DNA from: Octopus bimaculoides
Lineage: Eukaryota
Assembly (NCBI RefSeq): GCF_001194135.2
Contig: NC_068986.1
Span: 1,337,039-1,401,038 of the forward strand
Reading direction: 5' to 3'
Length of the DNA stretch: 64,000 nucleotides
Below are positions 1 through 14,460 of the stretch, piece after piece (within the stretch, counting starts at the first letter, position 1; each line of letters starts with the position of its first letter). A program made the translations under genes and the position numbers. Below the pieces are notes generated by a model. That model made no database searches, was not told the origin of the DNA, and worked only from the letters and a program-made list of their open reading frames with translations.

Positions 1-250
1 CGTTGTATGATGCTATATCCCCTTCTATTTCGTTAAATGCTTCAAGTAACTTGTCTCTAAGTCTCTGTCCGTTTGCAGGGTCTTTAAGCTTCCACACCCT
101 TCTCCTCCAAGCCTGTCTAATTCTGGACACCCATTTTGTTGTGGGGTACATTCTTCGCCAGGGTAGGTTTTGGCATTTATAAGCCACCCTCTTTCCCTAT
201 TTCTGGTGAGGATGTAGTCGATTTGGCTAGAGTGTCTGCCGGAGCGGTAG
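1..250 (-). mobile_element. RTE-like LINE fragment (linker between endonuclease and RT)
   Basis: Minus translation RRRVWKLKDPANGQRLRDKLLEAFNEIEGD; truncated by the window edge. Confidence 0.6.
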
Positions 251-271
251 GTGACTAGGTGACTGGCAGGT

Positions 272-309
<38 letters not shown>

Positions 310-320
310 TTTATATATAT

Positions 321-483
321 GACAGGCTTCTTTTAGTTTCCATCTACCAAATCTCAGTCAGAGGACTTTGGTTGGCCTAAGGCTATAGTAGAAGACACTT
401 GCCTAAGTGCCACATAGTGAGAATGACCGCAAAACCATGTGGTTGGGAAGCAAGCTTCTTTCCACACAGCCACCCCTGCGCCT
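321..483 (-). mobile_element. tRNA-derived SINE, family A
   Basis: Reverse complement of the head GGCGCAGG.GTGGCTGTGTGG..AGAAGCTTGCTTCCCAACCACATGG plus body. Confidence 0.8.
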
Positions 484-694
484 GTGTCTATTTTTGTTTT
501 AGTATTTTTATTATTTCATTATTATTTTTGTTTACTTTTTATTTTGCTATTTTTATTGAAATTATAATTTTTCTTTTCCATTTTTCACATTTGCTTGATA
601 CTCACACACACCACACACATGCTCACATTTATACATACCCTTCTCTAAGCACACACTCACACAAGTACACATATAGATGTCTGTACATTTTAAC

Positions 695-703
695 AAGTGT
701 ATA

Positions 704-739
<36 letters not shown>

Positions 740-765
740 ACACATAAACAAAGACACATACACTT
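695..765. repeat. (CA)n microsatellite, representative of dozens of (CA)n, (TA)n, (CT)n and (ATC)n tracts
   Basis: Seen directly; others at e.g. 3745, 7160, 13514, 17822, 25015, 31970, 36445, 43758, 62180. Confidence 0.95.
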
Positions 766-2819
766 TGCTTTATTTATCCACATAAACTCTCTCTCTTGCA
801 CCCCACCTACCTGCTCGCATTTGCAAGTCTGCACAATTTGCAAGCCAGTATTTGTTTAATTTTCCACTCATATATGTACATACATTCACACAGGCACACA
901 TACAGATATGCACACAAGTGCATGTTTTTCATATGTGTGTGTGTGTCCCACAAACACATACAATCTTTTTGTGCTGCAGTCATCACTCACTCTTCTCCAA
1001 GCCATGCATTATTGATATCCATCATTTAGTCTCTCGCTCTCTCATATCAGTAACTCTGTAGTGCCATTAATATTTCTCTTCTGTTACTCCCTCTAGTTCT
1101 GCCCGTCTTTCACTACATTCTCTTCCCTACTACCCTCTCCAACCCAAATGACTTTGTTCTTCCCATTATGCCATCACTCCTCCCACCCACTTGGCACCTG
1201 GAAACTGAATGGAAGCTCATCATGCAGATACAGCAGTGGTTTAAAAGTTTGCTTCAAAACACTGTGGTTTTGCATTCAGTTCTACTGTGTAGTACATTGA
1301 AGAGATATACTATAACACTAGACTGATGAGTGTCTTGTGAAGAAATTTGACTGATGGAGGCTGTATTAAGACCATCACATATATGTGTGTATGGACATGC
1401 AAATATATGTAAATGTTGATATCTCATTAACCTCCATTTGAGCAAAATGATGTTTACATTTCCTTGTTGACATTTATGACCCCTTGCTCTGTGCTTGTGG
1501 GGAAATGTAGAATGAATAAATCCCTTCCTGGAAAAATAGTTGAGTTTTGGGGACAGAAAAAGTGTTCTGCAATAAAATCCTACCTCAAAATTAATTTCCA
1601 TTTAAGTCGTGCTTTCATGGAAAAGTGGGTATTCAGTGAACAAACATGCCTGTGTGTAAGCTCGTATCTAAATGTATATTTGTCTCCATATGTCTTTATG
1701 TTGATACCACTTGACCAGCATTGACAGTATTTATGCCATGCATAATCAACAAGTTTAGCAGTGCAGCAGTACTTTACTTGAAAACAAGAAAGTGTTGGTA
1801 TCAAGAAGGTCTTCTGGGTGTGGAATACTGCTTCAGCAAGTCTCATCCAACACATACCAGCATGGAAAAAGAAAATGTAAAAACAACAGTGCCAATGAAT
1901 TAATTAATATTAATCTTCTTTCACCATCATTAACTTCAGTGATTTATTATTTTTTATTCATCCTAAACTTTTCAAATTTACTCATGTATATTATTGTACA
2001 TCTATTTATTGATTCTCCCATCCAACAACTTCAGCAAACTCCATGCTTTGCTGTGAAGGTCCGATATGACCAGAATTCTCTTCCATTCTTCCCAAAATGA
2101 TTAAAATCACATTAGCCATTAAGTTAATGGTGAATTTTCCTCAGTGAATAACTATTTTTAATTAGATTGTTGATGGTCACTACATTTAGTGTGAGAAAAC
2201 TAAATTAGCTGTCTCATTCTGCTTTACCTGATAATATTCCACACATTAAATATGCTTTTACCTACTTAGCTATTATATATCGTACAAATGTAGTCTAGAT
2301 GACAATTCTCTTTTCAATCTATAATATATATATATAAAATTATATCTTTTAAATTAAATTCACTGGAAATATCTGGAAGGTAGATGTTTTGACTATCCGT
2401 TAATAGTCTCAACATAGAAAACATTACCTAACCTATCTTTCTTCTCACCTTTCTTTAGACATTCATGTTTAAATGCATGTTTGTAAACATAACTTTTAAT
2501 TCTCAAATGAAAAAAATCTAATTTCACTTATATCTACTCTTAACTTTCAACATTCAAATTATAATGAAACGCAACATAACTTTGCAATCCTCATGACTTA
2601 ATGCATTATATCGTTCAATTTTTATCAACCCTCATAAATCATCATTAACACATGTATGTGTGTGTCTATCTATATGTATGTGTGTGAATATACACAGACA
2701 CATATCACTTGTATTGATCAGACCAATGGATTTTCTTACAGATCACTGATCAAAATGCGCTTACAATTCTTCCTTGATTTTGCTCTTCTTTTTCATCTTG
2801 GTACAAATTAGTTAACTAA

Positions 2820-3070
2820 ATTCCTTCCCATCATGTGGAAGCCTTCCAAGTTGCCTTTTCCAATCTCTTGGATACCATTCGGCAACTTCATGATTTCACT
2901 TGTCTCTGAACCTTGTAGCATGCCTGGACCAGTGAGACTTGGGCTTTCAGTGTTCCGAGGTTGTGCCATTCACTTTGATCCATTCTCAAATTACTTCATT
3001 TGGGATTTGCTCTCACAATTAGACTCCCAGTATGGAATAGATCTTTCCAAAACCCTTTGCATCATAGACA
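2820..3070 (-). mobile_element. RTE LINE C-terminal remnant
   Basis: Minus translation HATRFRDK*NHEVAEWYPRDWKRQLGR resembles RTE GHVAR..D.RW...VTEWYPR..KR..GRP. Confidence 0.6.
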
Positions 3071-3332
3071 ACCATTATTCTTTATATATATATATATATC
3101 ATCATCATCATCATCATCATCATCATCTTCATTTAACATCCTCTTTCCATGCTGGGATGGGTTACATGGTTTGACTGGAACTGGTAAGCTGGAGAGCTGT
3201 ACCAGGTTCCAGTCTGATTTGGCAGGGTTTCAATGGCTGGATGCCCTTCCTAACATCAACCACTCCAAGAGTGTAATGGGTGCTTTTTACGTGCCACTGT
3301 CACAGGTGCCATTCACATGACACTGGCAACAG

Positions 3333-3737
3333 CAATGGCTGGAGAAGTTATAGTAAGAAGTTTGCTTCCCAACCACATCGTTCTGGATTCAGTCCCACTG
3401 TGTGGCACCTTGAGCAAATGTCTTCTGCTATATCCTTGGGCCAACCAAAACTTTGTAAGGGGGTTTGGTAGACAGAAACAGAAAGAAGCCCTTATATAAA
3501 TATATACACACATATATGTATGTATCTTTGTGTGTGTATTGTGTTTGTACCCCATTACTGCTTGACAAATGATGTTGGTTTGTTTACATCCCTGTAACTT
3601 AGAAGTTCCACAATGAGACCAGTAGAATAAGCACCAGGTTTAAAATATATAGGTACTGAGTTCAATTTGTCTGACTAAACCTTTGAAGGTAATGCCCCAA
3701 CATGGCTGCAGTCCAGTGATGGGAACAAGTAAAAGAT
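3333..3737 (+). mobile_element. tRNA-derived SINE, family A (long form)
   Basis: Same head and body as the 16284 copy, ending gtaaaagat. Confidence 0.75.
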
Positions 3738-3740
3738 GAA

Positions 3741-3783
<43 letters not shown>

Positions 3784-4041
3784 CACCTAAGGGAGAAAAC
3801 AAAAGAAAGAAAAAGAGGGAAGTATCTGGAAATTAGTATAAGTTGAAGATTAAAAAGCTGAAAATGTAACAGAATGTTGATAATAAATCCATGAACAGCT
3901 GTAGTGGGTTAAAGCTGAAGTAGACAGTAGTGAGTAGGTGAGTATTTCTGGTGAATAGTGAAGTATTGATCTATTCTGCTATAAGGAAATGATTATGGAA
4001 AGTTAAAGAGTTAAAAATGTCAAAGAGTACATTAAAACATC

Positions 4042-4072
<31 letters not shown>

Positions 4073-4659
4073 GTGAGATCAGGAATGTCTATTAGTGAGA
4101 ATGTATGAACATACCAGCTAAAATATTAGTATAGTATTAAACAGAAGGTGGTATGAGGTTCATGTTTCAGGAGGTACTTGTGAAAGTGGACACAGTTCGT
4201 AAATATTTCTGATTTAACATGTAGATGGTTTGCAGTTTTATGAGATTTTTAACTATGAGGCTCTTCTCACTTACAGATAACTATACATGTGGGCACATTC
4301 ATGGCTGTGAGGTTAAGAAATTTGTTTCACAATATATTTTATGTTTTATTTATGTTCTCCAGTCTTTATATTTTTAAGTCATGCAAACCACCTGAGGGTT
4401 TCTAATCACCTGAGGGAAATAGCTAATCTCAACAACAGTAATATGTAATGGGTTACACCCCTTACAATGTATTTTCAATCCACAATGTACTACTTGAAAC
4501 ATTCTATTCTTACAACATATACATTGTTGATATTTGAGTAATTGGGTATTTGACATTGGTTAGCATCGGTTAGGTATGAAACTAGATGTTATAATAATAG
4601 GATATATCATTATATATATGCTTGTGTGTGTATCACAAACCACATAATATGATGAGCAC

Positions 4660-4940
4660 TATGTAGTTATTGTAGAAAAGAAATTTAAACAATGGTACTT
4701 TAGTCATACTTCCTCTTTCAGAGATATAGGAAAGAGGAATATAGTGAAAGTATCCAAGGACATGCTACTGATTTCAATATCAAATGGAAGATCCTCAAAG
4801 GGATACTGGTCATACAGAAATATGACAACTTATTGCAAATTATGTATAGCTGAGAAAGAGTTTATTATTCAAAAGCCTAATAAATATTCAAACTATATAA
4901 ATCATTGATTAGAGATATTTACTATATGCTGCCACTCTTT
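4660..4940 (+). mobile_element. Penelope-like element, GIY-YIG endonuclease remnant
   Basis: Frameshifted EKKFKQWYFSHTSSFR...DFNIKWKILK...CKLCIAEKEFII, typical of the PLE GIY-YIG C-terminus. Confidence 0.65.
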
Positions 4941-6009
4941 TGCTGAATATTTAATCTTTTCAACTATTTAATCTAATTTCAGTGTGTTTTAATCCTGCTG
5001 AGGCATAATTGCAATCCAAATATCAAAGACAGCACTGGCCAAACAGCTGCTGATGTGGCTGACCGCTGCTGCCAACCAAGTTGTTCCAAAGCCATCAAAG
5101 AGTATCCTTATAAACCAGTATGTAGTTTTTTTTTTATTTGTTTTTCTCATTTGTAACCCAAGATTAACTATGATTATACATGTTATTTCAATACACTTGA
5201 ATCATAATTGCTTTGAATTTAATTTGAAGTTACATGAACTCCACTGGCTTGAATCACTATAACTGTAAAATAAGTACAATTTCTGTCGCTGTAAGAGTTA
5301 AGTGATTACTTTTGGAAGAGAATGCTTGTGTAAATATCCATTTTGTTTTAAAATTTGCTAATTCAAAATTTAAATCCCCCTCTTCCTCATTGTCTTTCTC
5401 TCCCTCCCTCTTTCTCTCTCTCCCTTTTTCTCTCCCCCTCTCTCTCACACACACACACATCAATATGTTCAAATGTCTAAATATTGATTCATTTGTCTGA
5501 AATAACCTATTACATTCAAAAAGTTGACTATTAGAAAAGCTGATAAGGTACATGAGCATAGTCCTTCAGATGTAAATCTGTAGGAAACCAGGAATTTCAA
5601 TGTGCTTTTATTTATTATTCTTCCTTCCAGCCTCTTACCAAATTCCCTATTTAGGTTTCTGATATCAACGGATGCAAATGTGTTCCATGATTCAGAAGCC
5701 ATGGCTGGCTGAATTAACAGTATTCTGTGCAACCGGTCTATAGGCCAATGGTTCCTATCTTGCTACTGGCTCTGTATTTCACTCCCAATAACCAGGTTTG
5801 CTTATTTCTGAGATATTACAGAATGGTGTAATTCAGTATCGAAGACAACAGCTGTAATATTGAATTTACAAATGATTTATTGCCTTGCCTCACTAAGTTC
5901 AGTTTCTGCTGTGGGAGATGTTGAAGATAAGGACTCGTTTAATTTGACTCAGCATCAGATGTCTTTGAAGAGACTAAGGAAAAATGAATTTACATCAGCA
6001 AATCTAGTT

Positions 6010-6200
6010 ATTCGGTACTCTTGTTTGTCCTTCCTAAAGGTTACTATATCTGGCCATCACTGCTCTAACACCCTGTCTGCCTGGAAATCAAAGTCCCGGA
6101 GGATTTTTGCCTTTCCCTTTTCATTCATTACTTTTTCCGGTGTATGTTGGTACCAAGCACCTGTAACCTCATGTTCATAGTTACAGCAGAGTAGCCAGTA
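6010..6200 (-). mobile_element. Non-LTR retrotransposon remnant with restriction-like endonuclease (R4/Dong-like)
   Basis: Minus translation WYQHTPEKVMNEKGKAKILRDFDFQADRVLEQ*WPDIV resembles WYEH.PEKV.EN...KILWDF..QTD..I...RPDIV. Confidence 0.65.
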
Positions 6201-7158
6201 GAGGTTTTTTATTATTATTATTGTTGTTTTGTTTCTGTCAGTTACTAAGTATCATTTTGCTCTTTGTTATAGTCTAGACAGTTCTTTCACATTAGGAACA
6301 TTTCCTATCACTCCTGAACAGAATCTGCAGCCATAACTAGATTATTCACATATACAAGTTAGTGAGGACATTTGATTTTGAACTGCTGTGTTATTTGCCT
6401 CAAGAATTATAAAGAATGGAAAAATATCTTGTTGACAGAGCTAACCCTCACTGTATTATATAACTTACTCTCATTATCTTTATATATGTATTGGGTTCCA
6501 TCCACTTGACCACAGAGCATAAAATTACAGAAATCATGCGTGTATCCAGGAAAAATGTCTATGTCAGTATGATTAAATAATACAAAAGGATGAGGTACTT
6601 GAGGCTGTACTTAGCATTACGCTAGTTAAAGTTACCCAAGAGAGACATTTCTTCAATTTCACAAAGCCATACATTACATATTATTTGATGTGATATATAC
6701 ATTACATATTATTTGATGTATAAATTATATGGCTTACCTCAGACACACTGTTCAATTCCCATGGATGATCATACAACTTTTTTCCAGTTTAAATACATAC
6801 ACACACACACACACACACACATACATACATACAAGTTTAAAATAATGGTCATTACATATAATTCGATTTTTGGAGCAAATGTGGCTAACAGCTGTTTCCA
6901 GTAATCATTATAGGTACATTACTGATAAGTTTACTCAGTTGATTTATTGATCAACTGAGGTACACTGAACGACCTAAGAAAATTAATGCTACTTTTGTCA
7001 AAGCCATTACTGGAAATAACAAGTAGAGCACTTGAGGAATGGCTATTGTGTGGGGAAAGTGGGGAAGATTGGGATGTTTCAAGTAGAATAGAGAGCAGGG
7101 GAAGACAGGTTACAAGGGGTGGGAGCATGTAAGGGAGTGGTAGAAGTAGTGGCATAAG

Positions 7159-7209
<51 letters not shown>

Positions 7210-8250
7210 TACACAACCAAAAGTGCTACTATTATGCTATTATGATACTTGAATGGGAATATTTATTTCTCATTGCTCCAGTCCACTCAGCTGGGAAAAG
7301 TGAATAGTGCCTGGATTTGAAAGGACCAGCCTTGTCACATTCTGTGTCATGCTGAATTTCCCTGAGAACTACATTAAGGGCAAATGTGTCTGTGGAGTGC
7401 TCAGCCATTTGCATGTTAATTCCATGAGCAGGCTGTTCTCTTGATCTGATCAAGTGGAACCCTCATCATTGTAATAATTAATGGAGTGCCAGTTTTATTC
7501 ACACGCAATTATTCTGAAATCCATTTCTCCATGCCACCATGTGTAGTAGAGTTTAAACAAATATGAAAATTAGCATTCACTTTTAGAGTTTGGACTTATA
7601 AAACTCTTTCTATTACTAATCTTTCATCTGTAAGGTAAAATTAGAACCTGTTGTCAACCAAACTGACTGAGATGCAATGGATTATGTACCCTGTGTATCA
7701 GTCACTCATCATAATCCTTTGTCACTTTACTTGTGATGTCCGACATGCTGAGATCTAGGTACATAATTTTTTACTCTGCTTCTTCTGTTTTGGGTTCTTT
7801 ATTGCTAATGTGTGAGTCTTTTCCACTCTACACTTGTCATCCATATACATAGTGTGTCCAAACCAGCAAGCAGCAGATAATGCCAATAATACCCAGATCC
7901 TGTCTCATCGCTCTTGTGACCTGCTATTCAAGTTAGTCAACATATTAATAGATTTCAAAACGTCTCCATCATGTGTGATCAATCTGATCAATTGTTGTCA
8001 TTTATTTGTTCAACATTAACAGCTTTTTAATCAAATAAGTCAAACATTTGAACTAAGACCATTGATCAGAAACACTATTTCTAATCAATAACCTTTGGTC
8101 AAATAATATTTAACCTAGTTAATTGTGTAGATGATAAAGTTGAGCAGACACCTTTAACCTAATAATAATATATTATATACACCTTATGAAGTCTATAATT
8201 TCTTGGTATAACAGAAAATTATTTTATATTTTAAGATATATATATATATA

Positions 8251-8503
8251 TATTGTTGCTATTATGTTAAACTGTCGTATGTCCAAAATTGGCCAAATGC
8301 GTTTTTTCCAAAATTTTTCTTTGCTTGCAATAATCCAGTTCTTTTGGTCAACTATCGTTTCTCTAGCCGTTTCTGTTGCCAAGATATTAAAAATTGTCAA
8401 AGTGTAGCACAATGGTTTTGCTATGGAATGGTGAAACTATTTTCTCATTTTCTGAAAAAGCAACATTTTCGACTTACAACACTTTTGCATGATAACAATG
8501 ATA
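8251..8503. mobile_element. Degenerate MITE with about 36-bp terminal inverted repeats in (TA)n
   Basis: Left gttgctattatgttaaactgtcgtatgtccaaaatt versus reverse complement of right attgttatcatgcaaaagtgttgtaagtcgaaaatg; roughly three quarters identical by eye. Confidence 0.5.
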
Positions 8504-8508
8504 TATGT

Positions 8509-8544
<36 letters not shown>

Positions 8545-8546
<2 letters not shown>

Positions 8547-8618
8547 CGCAGGAGTGGCTGTGTGATAAGTAGCTTGCTTGCCAATCACATGGTTCCGGGT
8601 TCATTCCCACTGCGTGGC
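8545..8618 (+). mobile_element. SINE family A head, cut by an assembly gap
   Basis: ggcgcaggagtggctgtgtgataag..ggttccgggttcattccc, with A- and B-box-like motifs. Confidence 0.8.
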
Positions 8619-8953
8619 NNNNNNNNNNNNNNNNNNNNNNNNNNNNNNNNNNNNNNNNNNNNNNNNNNNNNNNNNNNNNNNNNNNNNNNNNNNNNNNNNN
8701 NNNNNNNNNNNNNNNNNNNNNNNNNNNNNNNNNNNNNNNNNNNNNNNNNNNNNNNNNNNNNNNNNNNNNNNNNNNNNNNNNNNNNNNNNNNNNNNNNNNN
8801 NNNNNNNNNNNNNNNNNNNNNNNNNNNNNNNNNNNNNNNNNNNNNNNNNNNNNNNNNNNNNNNNNNNNNNNNNNNNNNNNNNNNNNNNNNNNNNNNNNNN
8901 NNNNNNNNNNNNNNNNNNNNNNNNNNNNNNNNNNNNNNNNNNNNNNNNNNNNN
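8619..8953. other. Assembly gap (N run)
   Basis: N run ending in (TA)n. Confidence 1.
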
Positions 8954-8990
<37 letters not shown>

Positions 8991-8995
<5 letters not shown>

Positions 8996-9450
8996 GGTAT
9001 GGTGAATAATTGTCATCTAAATTATGCAAAAATGAAAATAACACTGATATCTCATTTAAACTGATATATTTACCAAAATTACATAAAAATATCTTGAAAT
9101 ACTAAAGAGTAAATTTATTCAATAAAGGCGTCAACCATGGCCTCTGGATGACTTCAGAATCCCCTGCAACTCTTCTGGATGGACTCTTTGTTTGAGTTGG
9201 TGAATGCAGTTACAAGGAGTTTTGTTGGTCTTTCACTCAACTGTTCTCTACACATAATATTCAATGGGGTTGCAGTCTGGGGAGTTAGGCAACCAGATGT
9301 TAGGGGTGATGTGGTCACAGAATTTGTCTGACAGCCATGACTGGGTTCTCCTGCTTGTGTGGCATGGTGCCAAACATAAGGTCTTTCAGCAGCTACCCTG
9401 CTGACCCAGGGCAGCACAACTTCCTCCAGGCACTTGATGTAGGAAGGTGA
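8991..9450 (-). mobile_element. Tc1/mariner-family transposon 3' remnant
   Basis: Minus translation YIKCLEEVVLPWVSRVAAERPYVW...TPNIWLPNSPDCNPIEYYV (the WPPNSPDLNP motif); CAGGGT-type terminus after (TA)n at 8991. Confidence 0.85.
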
Positions 9451-10679
9451 GTTGGGAGAGTAACAGTGAACTACTAACTTGAGGCAAGAGAAGGGGGAAC
9501 AAATAGGAGTGTGCTATGGGCAATATATCCTTCAAGGCACAACATATGTAAGTGTAACATAAAGGAATATAGAGTTTGAGAGATGAGATGAGGTGGTGGT
9601 CATTGGAATGACATAATCAGTAGACAAGTGTTATGGAGGAAGTGGAAGAGTGGCCAAAGGGTGGAAAGTTGAGTACAAAGACTTTACTTGTTCAATCAGA
9701 GCATAACAATTTATGGTAATATGAAAAAGTTTTGTAAAAGCAGTGACAGTCAGGGGGATAGAGAATCTTCATTTAGTGTTTAAGAATTAGCTAATATGTG
9801 TATGGTATTGACATTTAAAATTGGTCTTGGAGCCAATGTAAATTCTGAAGGAATTAAAGTGTTCTGTGGTAACCATATACTTATGCACAATATCATAGCA
9901 TAGACAGTAGCTCTCCAAGGGACAATTAGTAGATATTCTGACGTTGCATGTCTTCCTATCTCACATACATGGGCTACTCTGTTTGTCTTGTCAAGATCAT
10001 GATACGTGCTCATATCATCAGTCCTATTATTAATAATATCCTTATCGCTAATATCATTGTTAGTATTATAATTATTATTAGAGTCACTACGTTAACAATA
10101 AATATTATTATTATGATTATAATCATTATAATGATTATAACTGCTGCTATGTGAGCCACTGCTCATATCATTATCATTATTATTCTTATCATAACCATTA
10201 ACACTGTTTACGATACTGTCCTAATTTTTAGTGAGTGCAGGAGTATCTTTATTCGCCAGGGTCGGTTGACTATGTTTGTTATTGCAAGACTGATGTATAA
10301 TATTACAATAGTAGTTATCAATAGTATAGTTAAGATTACATTATAGTTATTGTTCTTATGGATACCTATATCATTATTGTTGCCATTAATGCTATTATCA
10401 TTATTGCTCCAATCAGTGTTACCAATATTAGGATCAGTATTGTTTTATTTTTAGCTCTATCATGGTTGTTATTCCATGATTTTCAGAGAAAGTTGTCCAT
10501 ATTGTTTCTACAATTGTTAACGTTACTGAGGGTTGTCATTTTTATGTTTTTCTTACAAGTGATATTATCTCTGTCATTATTGCTTTTATGGGAACAGTTA
10601 TGAAAATAATCATTTACTATTGTTATGATGATGATGATGATGATGATAACAGTTGTTATTGGCATTATCAGGGTTCTTT

Positions 10680-11330
10680 TCTACAAGCCCTTGCTTTTGT
10701 CATTGAATGTTATGAGTATTGAGCTGAGGTTAAGTGTAGTGGAAAAGGAGAGTTTGATAGTGGGCTTGTTGGCATGGGAAATTTGATTTAAAGATTTTAA
10801 AGAGTTTATGTTGGGCTGTAACTCATTAAAGAGAATGATGTGTGAACAACAGGACTTCATGCTTCCTATTTTTCTTATCATTTCCACTGTATTTTAAGTG
10901 GGAAGTGTTTACCAGGGATGACCATATCAAGTGCCTTCCATTTGTAGCCCAAGTTACGTAATTAATAGAGACATGATTGTTATCAGAAGTGGTGAGCTAT
11001 TTACTTTGAATTTCACTAGTGGCATAGTTTGATTTAAGTGTGGTAATATTGTTGGGGTGGAGGTTATCATTTTTAACTTGTTTTTCAGCCTAGCGTAGTA
11101 AATATCAGTAATTTTTTTTCTGTGTAGTGATTGTGTGCATATTTTCACACCAGGAACTTCAAATACAGAATCCCTGAAATGTTTTCCAAATTTTCTGTTT
11201 CTCTAATCGATTGTTTCTCAAGGATACAAATCTGTCTGCTCTTTTGTTTTTTGTAGAACCCAAGCTTTTCCAGTTTTCTATGCAGCTCTGTTGTTATGTA
11301 GCCCACTGCACCTATGATAATAGGAACAAA
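10680..11330 (-). mobile_element. Probable Penelope-like ORF N-terminal remnant
   Basis: RKLEKLGF and LNLSSILITFNDKSKGL resemble PLE RKLEK and V.NLSS..LT..E...LSKGL; highly decayed. Confidence 0.4.
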
Positions 11331-13510
11331 TGAAAATCTATAGCCTGGTTATGAGAGATGTGTGTGTTGTGTATGTGAGTGAGTATTGTGNNNNNNNNNN
11401 TGTGTGTGTGTGTGTGTGCATGTATGCATGTATGCATGTGTGTTTGTGTGTATAAAAAGTATTTCGTATCTTATTGAAACTGTAATACTATATGTATTAT
11501 ATTTGTATAGTTAGTTTTGTGACTGTCTGCCATTTCTATGTCAGCATGGAAACAGGATGCCAAGTGACTCGAGATATTCAGAAAGAGATCAATGGATCAA
11601 AAATACAATATTGCTTTATATTCAGCTGGATTAATGATTCATTTATCAAGATTAAAATATTGATAGAAATGTACCTTGTTCCTAATATTCCTTTCTATAG
11701 ATATTATGAAGGACAGTGAATTATATGCATGTGCATATTTCTGTTTACAAACATACAGTTTAGCTAAAACAATATTTCCTAAAACTTAAAAAAATTTACC
11801 TAGAATGTAGCAGCTTTTTAAATTTAGGCATTTGGTGGTAGTTTTTGTTGTTGTTGGAAACCTATGAATTAAGGCATTCCTGCCATGACTATCTCATCTT
11901 TTGGGATGTATGTAAACTTCAATAGCCAGTGTGTTCTCTCCTTTTCAAAGATAAGATGTTAATTGAAGAACATCTGGCTGCTATTTATAGCATGTCAAGA
12001 AAACATGTAAAGGTTCCTGCTTGCAGTTCATATGTTTTTGGTTGCGTTCATTATAAAGTGGCTGTCAGAGCAAGGAAAGAAATCGATAAAGTCTAGTATG
12101 TCAGCCATAGGTTTATTGTGTTCCGTGTTGAAACCAAACTTTATTCCTCTGCAATATTTTGGAGAGGTGATTATTGCTCTTCCTCCTCCAAGATAAAAAT
12201 AAATCAAATAAATGCATAAGTAAAATTCAATCAATATTTCATATCACTTTAATACAATATTGGAGAAAAGGAGAAAATGTTTCATTGTATTTTTCTAAGA
12301 TTTAAAACATTTTTTCATGCTATTTCTGGAAAGCTGGCTTTTGTTAAAATATATGTTTTTACAGCTAGATAACCTTCCTATCTTACTTACCTCTTCAATC
12401 TTACTTACTCAAACTAATGTTTGTCTCAAGACACCAGGCTTATTAGATCTGAGCTTAACTTGGTTTTCTAGATATTTAAGTGACTGAGAATATAAAAGTC
12501 CCTCTCTCAGCCTTGATTGGCACACCAGTTCATCATGTTTAACTCTCATCTACCACTATTTGTATTTATTTTTACCTGAGTAGACTGGAAACATAACATG
12601 CCTTGCTAAAAAAACAAAAAATGTAGCACCTGATCTAGGAATTGAACTCATGAGTTAACGATTGTGAGTTCAAATTTATTACCATTAGGCCATACACCTT
12701 CACACAGAAACTAAAGCAATCATAATTTTGTCCCTTTTGCAACACGTTGGATGTTCAGTATTAATCTTATAATTTTTAGATATTGTAATTTATGTTTTTA
12801 CTTAAATGTGTGTTTACATTTGTGGGTGTTCATGTGTGTGTACATGTGTGTGTGTATGTGTGTGTTTATATGTTTTCTTTGTGTGTATGTAAGAAATTTA
12901 CAATCAATTACATCATCACATCAAGAAATAATTGAGGAATGAATATAACAGATTTTTGTGTTATGAAATGGTTAATATGACTTTCCAATGATATAACTGC
13001 TTCAATTTCAAGATACAGTCTCTGATGACTAACGAGTTGAATAGAACACTACTCCACATTATTTGTTCCAACTCTCTACACTCTGAATTCATATTACACT
13101 GAGGTCATCCTTTGCTTTTTGACTCTTTCAGAGATCAATAAAAGGTACAAATTCAGGACAATAGATTGGCAGAATGATATAAAAAAGTTAGATCTGGCAA
13201 TTTCTGCTATTTGTTTGAATTCTTTGCATTTTGAGTTCAAATCCACCCCACTCCCCTCTGGTAGTAATCTTGAATGGTAGACTTAATTTCTCACCTTGTT
13301 TACCATCACTACCTGACACCTTGGATGTCTTTAACAGAGTCCTAGTCTGTTGTAAATATTCAAGCCAGGCTTCTAGTTTGAGAATGTCTTATCCCATTCC
13401 TTCTTCCCACCAGTCTCAGAGACCTTCTGAGGGGTTGTGGACCCTGCTTTTCCTCCTGACAAAAAGATTTAAAAAATGAAATTAGTTGCCAAACAAGTAA
13501 AACTCCATAT

Positions 13511-13545
<35 letters not shown>

Positions 13546-13919
13546 TATCATCATCATTATCATCATCATCTTCATCAACCTATCTAATGTCCATGTTCCA
13601 TGCTGGCATGTGTTGGACAGTTTTGACAGGATCCAGTGGGTCTGAAGACTGCATCACGCTCCATTATCTGCTTTGGTATGGTTTCTGTGGTGCCCTTTCT
13701 AATGTTAACTTCTTTGCAGCATATAAGAAAAAAAAATAGATGGAATGACCACAGCTGAAATTCCTTTGGTCATAGGCTTACTTGATCGGAGCTGACTTGG
13801 GCCTAAAGGACAACAACAGGAAGAGGAATCTGTTTGGTTACTTCTGTTTCACTGGCACCTTTACTTTAGAGTCTGTTCTTTCTCCTCTTGCTATATTTTT
13901 GTCTTCAGGTTAATAGGAT

Positions 13920-14460
13920 TTAGTTGTTGAAAGAAAGACTTGACACCAAGCATTACAAATGGTGTCTGAGTGTTTCCTTCATAGAAAGCAATGGGCATGA
14001 TGCAACAATGGACTGCAATGCTGCACGATAATGAGATGTAAAAATTGTATGCAGAGGATGTGCAAAGGCTGGAAATAAATGATGCAAGCATAATCTGCTT
14101 GATATGTAATGTTTGTGATTATGAATGATAAAGCACAAATGTGGTGAGGAAAAAACTGGGTGGAAAAGGAACCAAATGTAACGGACAAGAGAGATAACTC
14201 TGTTGGTGCAGACATACAATACTTCTAAATGATGAGAGATAAGTAAAGAAATGTGAGGAGATCCAGAGATTCATGTGGAGGGAACCAGTGGATGAGAAAG
14301 ATCAAGGAAGACATGGGTAGATAGGTGAAGACTAATTTCAGGAAGCTGAACTTCACAAAGAAGATGACAAAGGATAGGATGCTGTGTTGGATGGGGGGGG
14401 GGAGTACTCATCTGGCTCATGCAAGCATGGAAAAACAAATGTAAAATGATGGTGATGCAG
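13920..14460 (+). mobile_element. RTE LINE 3' remnant with tail
   Basis: AEDVQRLE.NDASII...RKKLG and VEGT.G...RKTW-like segments followed by a gcatggaaaa..(gat)n tail. Confidence 0.6.

Noticed and set aside
5469-5800. 87-aa minus-strand ORF (REFGKRLEGR) as a host exon
   Set aside because: No splice signals; weak resemblance to a CRE-type retroelement C-terminus, too decayed to call.
8545-8618. tRNA genes at SINE heads
   Set aside because: A/B-box-like motifs are followed by SINE bodies and there is no full cloverleaf.
8562-9044. Long ORFs here and at 22613-23512, 33741-34151, 60909-61505
   Set aside because: Open only because they run through N gaps and (TA)n.
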